Positions 50,833 through 63,037 are shown, counted from the first letter of the stretch. The stretch is DNA of 64,000 nucleotides from Gemmatimonadales bacterium (GCA_040901965.1 JBBDYB010000017.1:10635-74634), one strand, 5' to 3'. Notes: a model not told the origin generated them from the letters alone. Made by a program: numbers and translations.

Positions 50833-52757
50833 ACGTCGCGCTCGTCGTGCTCGCCCTCACGACACAGCAGCCGCAGGATACGATCGTCCTGAAGCCGGTC
50901 GTCGTGACGGCGACGCGGATTCCGGTGCCGGCTGTTGTCGTGGCGTCCGCTGTCACCATGATCCGGGGCAGCGACCTCCAGGCGCGGGGAATTCGGACCG
51001 TGGCGGAGGCGTTGCGTGGGGTGCCAGGCACCACCGTCGTGGAAACGGGGAGCTTCGGCGGCCAGACATCGCTGTTCATGCGCGGCGGTGAGAGCGACTA
51101 CGTGAAGGTGTTGCTCGACGGGGTGCCGCTGAACCGGGCGGGCGGGGGGATGGACCTGGCGCATCTCACAACGGACAACGTGGATCGGATCGAAATCGTC
51201 CGGGGACCGGCGAGCGTGCTGTACGGCTCCGACGCGACGACGGGGGTGATCCAGATTTTCACGCGCACGGGACAGGGAGCCACTCGCGTCGGAACGGAGC
51301 TGCGCGCCGGCACGTACGGATCTATTCAGGGCGCCGCCGACATGGCCGGTGGCACCAGCCGGGTCGGGTATTCCGTGCGTGCGTCCCGCTTCGCCTCGGA
51401 TGGTCTGTATCCGTACAACAATCAGTACCGCAACACAGTCGTGAGCGCGCGCATCTCCGTCACCCCCGATGACCGATCCGACGCCAGCCTCACCTACCGC
51501 TACGGCGACGACATCTATCATATCCCGACGAACCCGGCGGGCGAACCCGCGGACTCGAATCAGCGCAGCGCGGAGCGGGGCCCCGTCATCAGCCTCGCGC
51601 TCGGTCGCGTGATCGGGAGTCACGTCGAGGCGCGCGTCGTCGCGGCGCTGAATGAGGCACGCGTTTACTTCAACAATGAGCCCGACTCCCCAGGCGAAGA
51701 TGGGACGTTCTGGAGCCGGGATTACCTGCGCCGGGCCACGGCCAACGCGATGCTCACGTGGCGGGCGCGGGAAACGTTCACCGTGACCAGCGGGGTCGAG
51801 TTCGAGGACGAACGGCAACGCGGCAGGAGCGAGTTCAGCGCCTCGTTCGGTACGTTCCCCGACTCCATCGCCGTCCAGCGCTGGAACGCCGGGTACTTCA
51901 TGCAAGCGGTCCTCGGAGTCGCGCAGCCGGTCGCGATCACGGTGGGCGGACGGCTGGACGACAACTCGCAGTTCGGCACTCACGGCACCTATCGTGTCGG
52001 CCTCGTCTTTCACCCGCGGGATCAGACGCGGCTGCGTTTCTCCGCCGGCACCGGGTTCAAGGAGCCGACGTTCTTCGAGAACTTTGCGCGCGGCTTCGTG
52101 CAGGGAAATCCGGACCTCGATCCTGAGCGCTCGCGCAGCTGGGAAGCCGGGCTGGAACGCACGCTCGCGGCCGGCCGCCTGTCGGTCGCCGTGACCTACT
52201 TCAACCAGCGGTTTCGCGACCTCATCGAGTTCACGTTCACGCCGCCTCCGGGGGATCCCAACTACTTCAACGTCGCCGGGGCGGTCGCGAATGGCGTGGA
52301 GGCGGAAATCACGGGAACCGTCGCCACCGGCGTCGTCGCCGTTGTCCGCTACACGTACCTGCACACGCGGGTTGTGGAGCAGGGGCTGGACGGCGGCCCC
52401 AGCGGCCAGTTCCTCGCCGGCCAGCCGCTGCTCCGGCGGCCCGCGCACACCCTCGTGCCCGAGATTACCGCGACGCTGGGGGACAGAGCCCGGCTGACGC
52501 TGGGCGGACGTTGGGTGGGGGAGCGCGCCGACCTGGCGTTTCCCCCCGGCGGAGCCCAACGCGTGACGCTCCGCGCGTACACCCGCGTGAATCTCTCGGC
52601 GGAGTACGACTTCCGTCGTCCCGGATCGCGCGGGCCGGGCCTCGTGTTGACGGGCAGCGTTCAGAACGCGCTCGACGACCGGTCCGAGGAGATCGCGGGG
52701 TTCCGGCCCCGCGGCCGCACGGTGCTCATCGGCGGACGCGTCACGTTTGGCCTCTGA
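50829..52757 (+). CDS. btuB: TonB-dependent receptor, probable BtuB
   Basis: VVVTATR, plug MRGGESD..LLDG, RIEIVRGPAS.LYGS; riboswitch context. Confidence 0.85.
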   Translation: MNVALVVLALTTQQPQDTIVLKPVVVTATRIPVPAVVVASAVTMIRGSDLQARGIRTVAEALRGVPGTTVVETGSFGGQTSLFMRGGESDYVKVLLDGVPLNRAGGGMDLAHLTTDNVDRIEIVRGPASVLYGSDATTGVIQIFTRTGQGATRVGTELRAGTYGSIQGAADMAGGTSRVGYSVRASRFASDGLYPYNNQYRNTVVSARISVTPDDRSDASLTYRYGDDIYHIPTNPAGEPADSNQRSAERGPVISLALGRVIGSHVEARVVAALNEARVYFNNEPDSPGEDGTFWSRDYLRRATANAMLTWRARETFTVTSGVEFEDERQRGRSEFSASFGTFPDSIAVQRWNAGYFMQAVLGVAQPVAITVGGRLDDNSQFGTHGTYRVGLVFHPRDQTRLRFSAGTGFKEPTFFENFARGFVQGNPDLDPERSRSWEAGLERTLAAGRLSVAVTYFNQRFRDLIEFTFTPPPGDPNYFNVAGAVANGVEAEITGTVATGVVAVVRYTYLHTRVVEQGLDGGPSGQFLAGQPLLRRPAHTLVPEITATLGDRARLTLGGRWVGERADLAFPPGGAQRVTLRAYTRVNLSAEYDFRRPGSRGPGLVLTGSVQNALDDRSEEIAGFRPRGRTVLIGGRVTFGL

Positions 52758-53637
52758 TAGCGGGGCCTCGCTTCGCATCGTCTCGCTCCTGCCGAGCGCC
52801 ACGGAGATCGTGTGTGCGCTCGGCCTCGGCGAGCGCCTCGTGGGGATTTCCCACAGCTGTGACTACCCTATGGACGTCATCGACAAGCCGCGCGTGTCCC
52901 GCCCGCATACGGAGTTCGGCGGACTCGCGAGTGCGGAGATCGATCTGGCGGTCCGTCGCGCGCTGCGGGACTATGGCAGCGTGTACGAGATCGACGTGGC
53001 GGGCATCGGCGCCCTCGCGCCCGATCTCGTGCTGACCCAGGGCATCTGCGATGTCTGCGCGGTGCCGGAGCACCAGGCGGTGGCGGCTCTCGCGGGACTG
53101 CCGTCGCCGCCAACGGTGCTTACGCTGGACGCGCATGATCTTCCCGCCATTCTCGCCGGCATTCGCGACGTCGGCCGCGCGGCCGGCGCCGAGCAGCGGG
53201 CCGACGCGTGTGTCGCGAGTATCGAGCGACGCATCGCGGCCGTTCGCGAGCGTGTGGCCGGTCGTCCCCGGCACCGCGTGCTCGCGCTCGAATGGCTCGA
53301 TCCGCCATATGCGCCCGGTCATTGGGTTCCCGAGCTCGTCGCGATTGCCGGGGGGGACCTCGTGGCGGGCGTAGCCCGACGCCCGTCGTACCGGGTGGAG
53401 TGGGACGAACTGCGTGACACCGATCCCGACGTCCTGCTGCTCATGCCGTGTGGGTTCAACCTCGAGGAGACGCGACGCGAGGCGGAGCGTTACCGCGATG
53501 TCTTGAGTGATGTCGCGCCTCGCGCGTTTGCTGCCGGCAGAGTGCAGTGTCTCGATGCGTCCGCGTACTTCAGCCGCTCCGGACCCAGGATCGTCGACGG
53601 TCTGGAGATGCTCGAGACGGCTATATTGTCTCCGTGA
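52747..53637 (+). CDS. Second BtuF-like helical-backbone binding protein (no signal peptide)
   Basis: LRIVSLLPSATEIV, SHSCDYP, TQ.ICDVCAV, LEWLDP, MPCGF. Confidence 0.85.
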   Translation: MASDSGASLRIVSLLPSATEIVCALGLGERLVGISHSCDYPMDVIDKPRVSRPHTEFGGLASAEIDLAVRRALRDYGSVYEIDVAGIGALAPDLVLTQGICDVCAVPEHQAVAALAGLPSPPTVLTLDAHDLPAILAGIRDVGRAAGAEQRADACVASIERRIAAVRERVAGRPRHRVLALEWLDPPYAPGHWVPELVAIAGGDLVAGVARRPSYRVEWDELRDTDPDVLLLMPCGFNLEETRREAERYRDVLSDVAPRAFAAGRVQCLDASAYFSRSGPRIVDGLEMLETAILSP

Positions 53638-54422
53638 GCCTCGTCTCCACCTCCGCTGTCGTCCTGAGAACCTACCGCTACAGCGAGACGTCGAAGATCG
53701 TCCGCCTTGCGACGCGCGAGCTCGGCGTCCAGAGCGCGATCGCGAAGGGCGTGTTGCGCAAGCACAGCCCGTTCGGCGCGGCGCTCGAAACGTTGAGCGA
53801 GGGTGTCGCCCAGCTCTACCACAAGGAAAGCCGCGAGCTCCAAACGCTGGCGTCGTTCGACGTGATCTCGCTGCGGCGCGATCTGGCGGGGGACGTGGGG
53901 CGATTCGCCGGCGCCGCGGCGCTCGCCGAAGTGATGCTCAAGATGGCGCCGCCCGCGCCGCTCCCCGCCGCCTACGAGGCGCTGATTCAGGGCCTCGACG
54001 CCCTCGTCGTCGCCGCGCCCGCACACGCCGACGCCGTGGCCGTGCGCTGGCTGTGGCTGCTCGTCGGCGTGCTCGGCTTCGCCCCACAGCTCGACGCGTG
54101 CGTGCGCGACGGCAATGCCGTCTCCGGGACCGTCGCGTTCAGCGCCGGCGAGGGCGGCGTGCTGTGCGCAAGCTGCGCCGGCCAGCAACCTCCCACCCGC
54201 CTCCCGCCCCGGGCGTACGGCGATCTGCTGGCCCTGACCAACGCCCGCGCGGCGTTACCCGCGCTCGACGCGGCTCACGCCGCCGCGCACCGCCGTCTGG
54301 TCGCCCGCTTCATCCGCCACCACCTGGGTGAGGCGGGAAAAAACGGAGCGGGAGAGAAGTTGAGCGCCATGGACATCTGGGAACGCCGCGCGTGGGTCAC
54401 TCCACCCCCCGTCGCTTCGTAG
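53634..54422 (+). CDS. recO: DNA repair protein RecO
   Basis: VVLR...YSETSKIV, AKG, GFAPQL..CxxD, GGVLCxxC. Confidence 0.9.
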   Translation: MSLVSTSAVVLRTYRYSETSKIVRLATRELGVQSAIAKGVLRKHSPFGAALETLSEGVAQLYHKESRELQTLASFDVISLRRDLAGDVGRFAGAAALAEVMLKMAPPAPLPAAYEALIQGLDALVVAAPAHADAVAVRWLWLLVGVLGFAPQLDACVRDGNAVSGTVAFSAGEGGVLCASCAGQQPPTRLPPRAYGDLLALTNARAALPALDAAHAAAHRRLVARFIRHHLGEAGKNGAGEKLSAMDIWERRAWVTPPPVAS

Positions 54423-56272
54423 TCGGCACCGCCGGCCACATCGATCACGGCAAAACCGCGCTGGTGAAGGCGCTCACCGGCGTGGACACCGATCGCTGGG
54501 AAGAAGAGAAACGCCGCGGCATCACCATTGATCTCGGCTTCGCCCCGCTGGCGCTCGGTGACGGTCTCCAGGCAAGCGTCGTGGACGTCCCGGGACACGA
54601 GGGCTTCGTCAAGAACATGCTCGCGGGCGCCACGGGGATCGACGTCGCTCTGCTCGTCATCGCCGCCGACGAAGGCATCATGCCGCAAACCGAAGAGCAC
54701 CTCGCGATCGTCGAGCTGCTGGGCGTGCGGCGCGGTATCCCGGTGGTGACGAAGCGGGACCTCGTGGACGCCGAGTGGCTGGGGCTGGTTCGGGCGGAAG
54801 TGACCGAACGCCTCGCGTCCAGCCGGATCCGCTGGGACGATCCCATCGCCGTTTCGGCGTTGACGGGCGAAGGGCTCGACCAGCTGCGGGCGGCGCTGGC
54901 CGGGGTCGCGGGTGATCTCCGTGAACGGCCCTCCGCAGACCTGTTCCGGCTGCCGATCGACCGCGTGTTCGCGGTCGCGGGCGCGGGCACGGTCGTGACC
55001 GGATCTACGTGGAGCGGGACGGTGACGGTCGGCGACAGCGTGCGCCTGCTTCCGTTGGGCCGCGACGCACGAATCCGATCCATCGAGGTCCATGGACAAA
55101 CGGCAGAACAGGCGGCACCCGGGCGTCGGACGGCGCTGGCCCTGGTGGGCGTGTCCAAGGAGGAGCTCGAGCGCGGCCATGTCGCGATGACGGGCGCCGG
55201 CTGGGCCCCGACCACGACGCTCGACGTCGCCCTGGAGCTGCTTCCGGGTGCGCGCAAGCCGCTCGCCGTGCGCACCCGCGTCCGCGTGCACCTCGGGACG
55301 GCGGAGGTGTTGGGGCGCGTCGCCCAGGTGCGCTCCATCGCCCCGGGCGAACAAGGAGTCGCGCGACTGCTGCTCGAGCGGCCGCTCGTGGCCCGCGGGG
55401 GGGACCGCTTCGTGCTGCGCAGTTTTTCTCCCGTGACGACGATCGGCGGGGGCGTGGTCCTGGATCCGTTTCCCCCCAAGCGGCCGCGCGTGTCCGAGCG
55501 CGGCCTGGCCGCCGGCCAACCACCCGGCGAGCGGCTCGCGCGCCTGGTAGAGGAGGCGGGACTCGCGGGGCTGTCGCTCCCCGCCGTTCCCGTGCGCCTC
55601 GGCATCCTGCCAACCGACGTCGCGGGTGCGGTGGCGGCGGCCGGGAAGGGCGTCCTGGCGGTGGGCGATGTGCTCGTAGCCAGGCGGGCGCTTGCGACCG
55701 AGATCGAGCGGTTGGCGGCGGTCGTGGCGTCTCACCACGACACGCACCCCCTCGATCCAGGCCTGTCGCTCCAGGCATTGCGGGCGGCTGTGAAGGCGCC
55801 GGCTGTCGTTCTCGATCTGCTGGTGGACCACGGCGTGAAGAAGCAGGCGTTCGAGCTGGCGGAGGGGGGCGCCGCCGTTCGCCGGCCAGGCTGGAAAGCG
55901 GCGCTGAGCGCGCGGGCCGGAGATGCGGGCGGGCGGCTCGCCCAGCGCCTGGCGGACGCCCGTTGGCAGCTCCCTACCGTGTCGGAGCTGGAGCGGGAAT
56001 TCGCGGATCCTGCCGTGCCGGCCCTGCTGGCGCATCTGGCACGCGAGGGGGCTGTGGAGCGGGTAGATCAGGACCGTTATGCCGTGAAACAGGCGCTCGA
56101 GGAGTTTCGTCGGGCCGTCGAGACCACGCTGCAGGAGCTGGGCTCGGCGACCCCCGCGCAGTTTCGGGATCGGCTCGGGTTGACGCGCAAGTACTTGATT
56201 CCGCTGCTGGAGTGGGCGGACCGGCGGGGGATCACGAGCCGCCAGGGAAATACCCGGGTCCTCCGCGCTTGA
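54392..56272 (+). CDS. selB: Selenocysteine-specific elongation factor
   Basis: GTAGHIDHGKT, EEKRRGITIDLGF, DVPGHE, C-terminal winged helix LTRKYLIPLLE. Confidence 0.96.
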   Translation: MGHSTPRRFVVGTAGHIDHGKTALVKALTGVDTDRWEEEKRRGITIDLGFAPLALGDGLQASVVDVPGHEGFVKNMLAGATGIDVALLVIAADEGIMPQTEEHLAIVELLGVRRGIPVVTKRDLVDAEWLGLVRAEVTERLASSRIRWDDPIAVSALTGEGLDQLRAALAGVAGDLRERPSADLFRLPIDRVFAVAGAGTVVTGSTWSGTVTVGDSVRLLPLGRDARIRSIEVHGQTAEQAAPGRRTALALVGVSKEELERGHVAMTGAGWAPTTTLDVALELLPGARKPLAVRTRVRVHLGTAEVLGRVAQVRSIAPGEQGVARLLLERPLVARGGDRFVLRSFSPVTTIGGGVVLDPFPPKRPRVSERGLAAGQPPGERLARLVEEAGLAGLSLPAVPVRLGILPTDVAGAVAAAGKGVLAVGDVLVARRALATEIERLAAVVASHHDTHPLDPGLSLQALRAAVKAPAVVLDLLVDHGVKKQAFELAEGGAAVRRPGWKAALSARAGDAGGRLAQRLADARWQLPTVSELEREFADPAVPALLAHLAREGAVERVDQDRYAVKQALEEFRRAVETTLQELGSATPAQFRDRLGLTRKYLIPLLEWADRRGITSRQGNTRVLRA

Positions 56273-56298
56273 CAGGGGTGAAGGACGGTTCCTAGGTT
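56269..56298 (+). promoter_or_regulatory. Possible sigma70 promoter
   Basis: TTGACA-18 bp-TAGGTT. Confidence 0.4.
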
Positions 56299-56380
56299 GA
56301 GAGTAGCAGACATCTGACGCGCCCACAGAGCAAACAAGGAGAGCGGTCTAACGCATCTTTACGTTCGCGAGGAGTCGGGG

Positions 56381-56827
56381 ATGAAGCGGTATGCCTGGGC
56401 AGTGCTGGGCGGTGCGCTCGGGCTTATGGCGGTGGGAACAGGGCAGGTGCCAGGACAGGGGCCTCCACCCCCTCCCGCGCCAGTCGAGCTCAAGCAGAAC
56501 TACCCGAACCCCTTTAATCCGGCGACCACGATCCCGTTCACGCTGCGCGGCGATCTGTTTGCCTCTGGTCACCGGCCGAAGGTGTCGCTGAAGATTTACA
56601 ACGTGCTGGCGCAGCTCGTGGCCGTGCCCATTTTGCAGGGCACCGGCGAAGCGCTGTCGGACCTCGAGCTGAATTGCAGCGCTGGGGCCGCGGGCGTCTG
56701 CGCGTTCAACGCCTACTGGGACGGCACGGTCCTGAACACGGGCCGCGAAGCCGCCTCCGGGATCTACATTTACCAGCTGATCGTCGACGGGCGGCGGTAC
56801 ACCAAGAAGATGATCGTGATGAAGTGA
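56381..56827 (+). CDS. Exported stand-alone FlgD-Ig / T9SS type-A sorting-domain-like protein
   Basis: Signal peptide; QNYPNPFNP.T.I.F, LKIYNVL, WDG, SGIYIYQL, TKKM. Confidence 0.8.
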   Translation: MKRYAWAVLGGALGLMAVGTGQVPGQGPPPPPAPVELKQNYPNPFNPATTIPFTLRGDLFASGHRPKVSLKIYNVLAQLVAVPILQGTGEALSDLELNCSAGAAGVCAFNAYWDGTVLNTGREAASGIYIYQLIVDGRRYTKKMIVMK

Positions 56828-56835
56828 GGTAATGG

Positions 56836-56873
56836 ACCGCCCCGGCGCCGCGAGCGCCGGGGCGGTTTGCTTT
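56836..56873 (+). terminator. Intrinsic terminator
   Basis: 13-bp stem ACCGCCCCGGCGC/GCGCCGGGGCGGT then TTGCTTT. Confidence 0.7.
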
Positions 56874-56897
56874 CAGCGTAGTCGCGAGGAGGCCGTC

Positions 56898-57743
56898 ATG
56901 AAAACGTTCACGTTCGCCGCCGCACTGCTCGTTCCCGCCATGTTTCTCGCCGCCGACGCACGCTTTACGCCGCTCTCCGCCGACGCGGCTGAGACCGCGC
57001 GGATCCGCGCCCATCTCGCACAGGTCGAGCAGGAGCTGCGCCGCACGGACATCTCGGCATGGTCGCCGGCGCAGCGCCTGGCGCGCGCGCGCCATCTCGA
57101 TGTGCTGCACGCTTACTGGGTGCGCGGTGTGTTTCCGAAGAACACCGACTTCCCGGGGGAGCGCGTCCCCTATTTTATCGATCGCGTGGGCACGCGCTGC
57201 GCAATGGCGCAACTGATCGAGCAGTCCGGACACGGCGCGTTCGTGGCGCGCGTGGCCGCCACAAAGAACAACGCGCGCATCCGGCAGCTGGAGCACGATC
57301 CCGAGCTCGTCGCGTGGCTCGAGGAAAACGGACTCACCGCCGCCGAGGCAGCGCGCATTCAGCCGCAGTACTGCGGAGAGCCCGGGGCGGTGGGATGTAT
57401 CGATGCCCCTTCGAAGGAAAGGGCTGCTGTGGCCGCGAGCCTCAGCGCGGGAACGACCTTGTGGGGCTTGGCCGGAACCTCGAGCGCCTGGTTCGCTCCG
57501 GTGGGCATCGGGAGCGGTCTTTTTGGCCTGATTTCCGGGACGGTGCACCTGACTGAAACAGGGGGCGAGCGCACGTTGGGAGTAGTGAGCGCCGGTTTTG
57601 GAGCTACTGCCCTGTACCTCGGGATCAGATCTCTCGTAACTGGCGGTGCGGAGCCTCCGGCGCCCGCACCCGTGCCCGTAGCGTCCCTCGTCCCATGGAC
57701 GGGCCCTCAGGGGTCCGGGTTGGCATTGCGCATCCGTTTCTAA
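56898..57743 (+). CDS. Hypothetical exported protein
   Basis: RBS GAGGAGG; signal peptide; FPKN..PYFID..GTRCA motif; C-terminal Gly-rich helices, ends LRIRF. Confidence 0.8.
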   Translation: MKTFTFAAALLVPAMFLAADARFTPLSADAAETARIRAHLAQVEQELRRTDISAWSPAQRLARARHLDVLHAYWVRGVFPKNTDFPGERVPYFIDRVGTRCAMAQLIEQSGHGAFVARVAATKNNARIRQLEHDPELVAWLEENGLTAAEAARIQPQYCGEPGAVGCIDAPSKERAAVAASLSAGTTLWGLAGTSSAWFAPVGIGSGLFGLISGTVHLTETGGERTLGVVSAGFGATALYLGIRSLVTGGAEPPAPAPVPVASLVPWTGPQGSGLALRIRF

Positions 57744-57780
57744 CGCCGTACAACCGGCGACGGGTCAGCAATCAAATCGT

Positions 57781-57808
57781 GTAGGGGCACGGCATGCCGT
57801 GCCCCTAC
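57781..57808. repeat. GTAG-type REP palindrome
   Basis: Perfect 28-bp palindrome GTAGGGGCACGGCATGCCGTGCCCCTAC. Confidence 0.85.
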
Positions 57809-57901
57809 GTCGTTTCGACCCATCGACCCATCGTCCCATTCCATTCGTCTGTCATTTCGGCATCTTTCGGCGGCACGCCGGTTGCCCTCTGGGGGGGCAC
57901 T

Positions 57902-60535
<2,634 letters not shown>

Positions 60536-60561
60536 ACTGCGTGCGCAGTGCGCGGTGAGCC

Positions 60562-61047
60562 GTGCGCGGTAAGACGCCGCACGCCGACATTGCCGGAATG
60601 CTATCAGCGCTGGAGCTTGCGCGGCGCGCCGCTGCTTTGGACGAAGTCCCGATCGGGGCGATCGTGATGCGCGGCGACGGGATCGTTGCGGAGGCGCATA
60701 ACGAGACCGTCGCCCGCAGAAATCCCACGTTTCACGCCGAGCTGCTCGTCATCGAGCGAGCGCTGCAGAGGCTCGGCACTGATAGACTCGACGACTGCAC
60801 GCTCTATGTGACGATCGAGCCGTGCGCCCAGTGCGCCGGCGCGATCGTGCTGGCCAAGGTGGGACGGTTGGTGTTCGGCGCCTACGACGACAAGGCGGGC
60901 ATGTGCGGATCGGTGGGGGACCTGGTCCGGCATCCGCGGCTCAACCACCGCGTGGAGGTCGTCGGCGGGGTGGAGGCCGAGGCTTCCGGGGCACTGATCA
61001 GGGAGTTCTTCGCAGCGCGGCGCCCAGCGTCCCAACGGCCTCGGTGA
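60562..61047 (+). CDS. tadA: tRNA adenosine deaminase
   Basis: EVPIGA, HAE, EPCAQC, LNHR; start 60562 or 60598. Confidence 0.9.
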   Translation: MRGKTPHADIAGMLSALELARRAAALDEVPIGAIVMRGDGIVAEAHNETVARRNPTFHAELLVIERALQRLGTDRLDDCTLYVTIEPCAQCAGAIVLAKVGRLVFGAYDDKAGMCGSVGDLVRHPRLNHRVEVVGGVEAEASGALIREFFAARRPASQRPR

Positions 61048-62173
61048 GTTGCGCGTCGGTCACATAGGGAGCCGGCCCCAGCCTGAGCACAGCCCCCCGA
61101 TAATCCGTCATCACCCCGCGCTCCTTGAGCTGCGTGTGGAGTCGCGCCGCGTGCGGCGTGCGCAGCGCCAGAAACCCGCCGATGTCCTCGAGCGGCACCG
61201 TGCGATCGCGGTCGATCACCTTCGGATCGGCGTCGAGCGCGTCAAACTCCCTCGCCAAGAGACCCACCTGATGCCGGCTCAGTTCCCGTAGCTTCTCGGG
61301 CGTGAGGGCTTGCTCCTCGAAGAACTTGAACACCGTTGCCGCGCGGTAATGACTGGCCGGATCGTACGTCGCGCCCGCAAATCGCGCCGGCCCGGACCCA
61401 TAGTCCACTCGACCCCTCGAGGCGGCCTGTGTCAGATCCGTGAACTCGCTGAACCACCCCGTGACCACCGGTCGCAGGACACCGTCAGGCGGCATCCGCA
61501 GGAATCCATTCCCGCCACCCAGCTGGCAGTACTTGTAGCCGCCCCCCACGATGTAGGCGCCCTCGAGCCGTTCTTGCTGCAGCGAAAACGGGACGACGTT
61601 GAGCGCGTGATAGGCGTCCACGAGCAGCTCCGCCCCCTGGCGCTTCGCCGCGGCCAACACGGCGCGGAGATTCGGGACGATGTGCGCGTTGCCGTACAGC
61701 ACCGCCGAGACGAGCACGGCGGCCGTGCGCTTGTCCACGGTCCTCGCGAGCCGCTCGGCGAGCGTCGCGGCCGGCAGGGCCGCCACCTTCACGACCTCGA
61801 TCCCCTCCTCGGCCACGCGATCGAGCTGGCGGCGAATCGTGTGGAACTCGCCGTCCGTGGTGACGAGGCGGGGCCGGGAGCGAAGCGGCAGGGCAGAGAG
61901 GAAGCGGACGACGAGCTCGTGGGTGTTTGCGGCGAGCGCTATCCGCTCGGGTGCGTCGCCGAGCAGGCGCGCGAAGCCCCGCCGCACCGCGTCCGCTTGC
62001 GCGAACGCCCGCTCCCACATGTCGTCTACGAGCTCGGCGGCGTCGAGCCAGGACTGCCCCTGCGCTTCAAATCCCGCATCCGGCCAGGCTTGATGGGAAT
62101 GCCCGGTCAACAGGATCCGCTGCGTGACGCGAAAGCGGCTGTAGTGCGGCGCCAGCTGGGCCGGCTGTATCAC
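60998..62173 (-). CDS. kynU: Kynureninase (PLP class V)
   Basis: LTGHSHQAWP, DAYH, GGGYKY, GWF, GATYD; adjacent to TDO. Confidence 0.85.
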   Translation of the reverse strand: MIQPAQLAPHYSRFRVTQRILLTGHSHQAWPDAGFEAQGQSWLDAAELVDDMWERAFAQADAVRRGFARLLGDAPERIALAANTHELVVRFLSALPLRSRPRLVTTDGEFHTIRRQLDRVAEEGIEVVKVAALPAATLAERLARTVDKRTAAVLVSAVLYGNAHIVPNLRAVLAAAKRQGAELLVDAYHALNVVPFSLQQERLEGAYIVGGGYKYCQLGGGNGFLRMPPDGVLRPVVTGWFSEFTDLTQAASRGRVDYGSGPARFAGATYDPASHYRAATVFKFFEEQALTPEKLRELSRHQVGLLAREFDALDADPKVIDRDRTVPLEDIGGFLALRTPHAARLHTQLKERGVMTDYRGAVLRLGPAPYVTDAQLTEAVGTLGAALRRTP

Positions 62174-62955
62174 AACTCGGAGCGGATCGCCCAGAGGTCG
62201 GGGAATGCAGGTTGATTCAACGTCGTGAGCAGGTATTCAGCACCTGCAGAACCTCCAGTTCCTGCCTTTGTGCCGATTGTCCTCTGCACCATCTTCACAT
62301 GCCGGTAGCGCCATTCCATGAAGCCCTCATCGAGATCTACCAACCGCTCGGCGATCTGCGCCACGGTCGGGTTCTTCCGGTACACGTCCACCAGGATCCG
62401 CTGCACCTCCGGCGCAGGCTCGAGCGGCTGGGTGACATCGCGCGTCAGTAGATCCTTCGGCACCGGATAGCCGTTCGCCGCCAGATAATGAAGGAAGGCG
62501 TCCCACAGCGTTGGTTGGCTAAACCGAGCCTCCACGCGCTTGCGGTGCTCGCTTCCCTCGGGGTACCGATCCACGGCCGACCGGCGTTTGCCGCCCAGCA
62601 CGAACTCGATTTCCCGAAACTGATGCGACTGGAAGCCGCTCCCCGACTCAAGCCGGTCGCGGAAGGCGAGGAAGTTGAGCGGCGTGATCGTTTCGAGTAC
62701 ATCAATCTGCGCAACTAATGTCTTGAGGATGGTTAGGATGCGCTTCAGAGTGGCAGCTGCGAGGGGCGTGTCGCTGGCGCGCAGCACCGTCTGGAGGTAA
62801 TCCAGCTCGTGCAGCACCTCCTTGAACCACAGCTCGTACACCTGATGGATGATGACGAACAGCGTCTCATCATGCTCGAGCACACCGGGACGCGGTTGCT
62901 GAAGCGAAAGCAACGCATCGAGCTGTAAGTACCTGGAGTAGGTAACTGGCATCAT
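62170..62955 (-). CDS. kynA: Tryptophan 2,3-dioxygenase
   Basis: Y..YL.L..LL.LQ, HDE.LF.IIHQ.YELWFK, SGFQS.QFR, WRYRH, GTGGS. Confidence 0.95.
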   Translation of the reverse strand: MMPVTYSRYLQLDALLSLQQPRPGVLEHDETLFVIIHQVYELWFKEVLHELDYLQTVLRASDTPLAAATLKRILTILKTLVAQIDVLETITPLNFLAFRDRLESGSGFQSHQFREIEFVLGGKRRSAVDRYPEGSEHRKRVEARFSQPTLWDAFLHYLAANGYPVPKDLLTRDVTQPLEPAPEVQRILVDVYRKNPTVAQIAERLVDLDEGFMEWRYRHVKMVQRTIGTKAGTGGSAGAEYLLTTLNQPAFPDLWAIRSEL

Positions 62956-62962
62956 TGATCCT

Positions 62963-63037
62963 GGGAGCAGGGAGCTGGGAGCAGGGAGCAGCAAAGCGGC
63001 GAGTCGTACTGCTCCCCGCTCCCTGCTCCCGGCTCCC
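62963..63037. repeat. Inverted pair of (GGGAGCN)x4 heptamer arrays
   Basis: Four units at 62963-90 and four inverted units at 63010-37. Confidence 0.85.

Noticed and set aside
56343-56352. GCGGTCTAAC identical to the left end of attC1
   Set aside because: No matching arms or GTTRRRY downstream; isolated 10-mer.
56273-56380. selC tRNA or other ncRNA after selB
   Set aside because: No cloverleaf or stable structure; looks like promoter plus 5' UTR.
62963-63037. CRISPR array
   Set aside because: Tandem 7-mers with no unique spacers, and no cas genes in the window.
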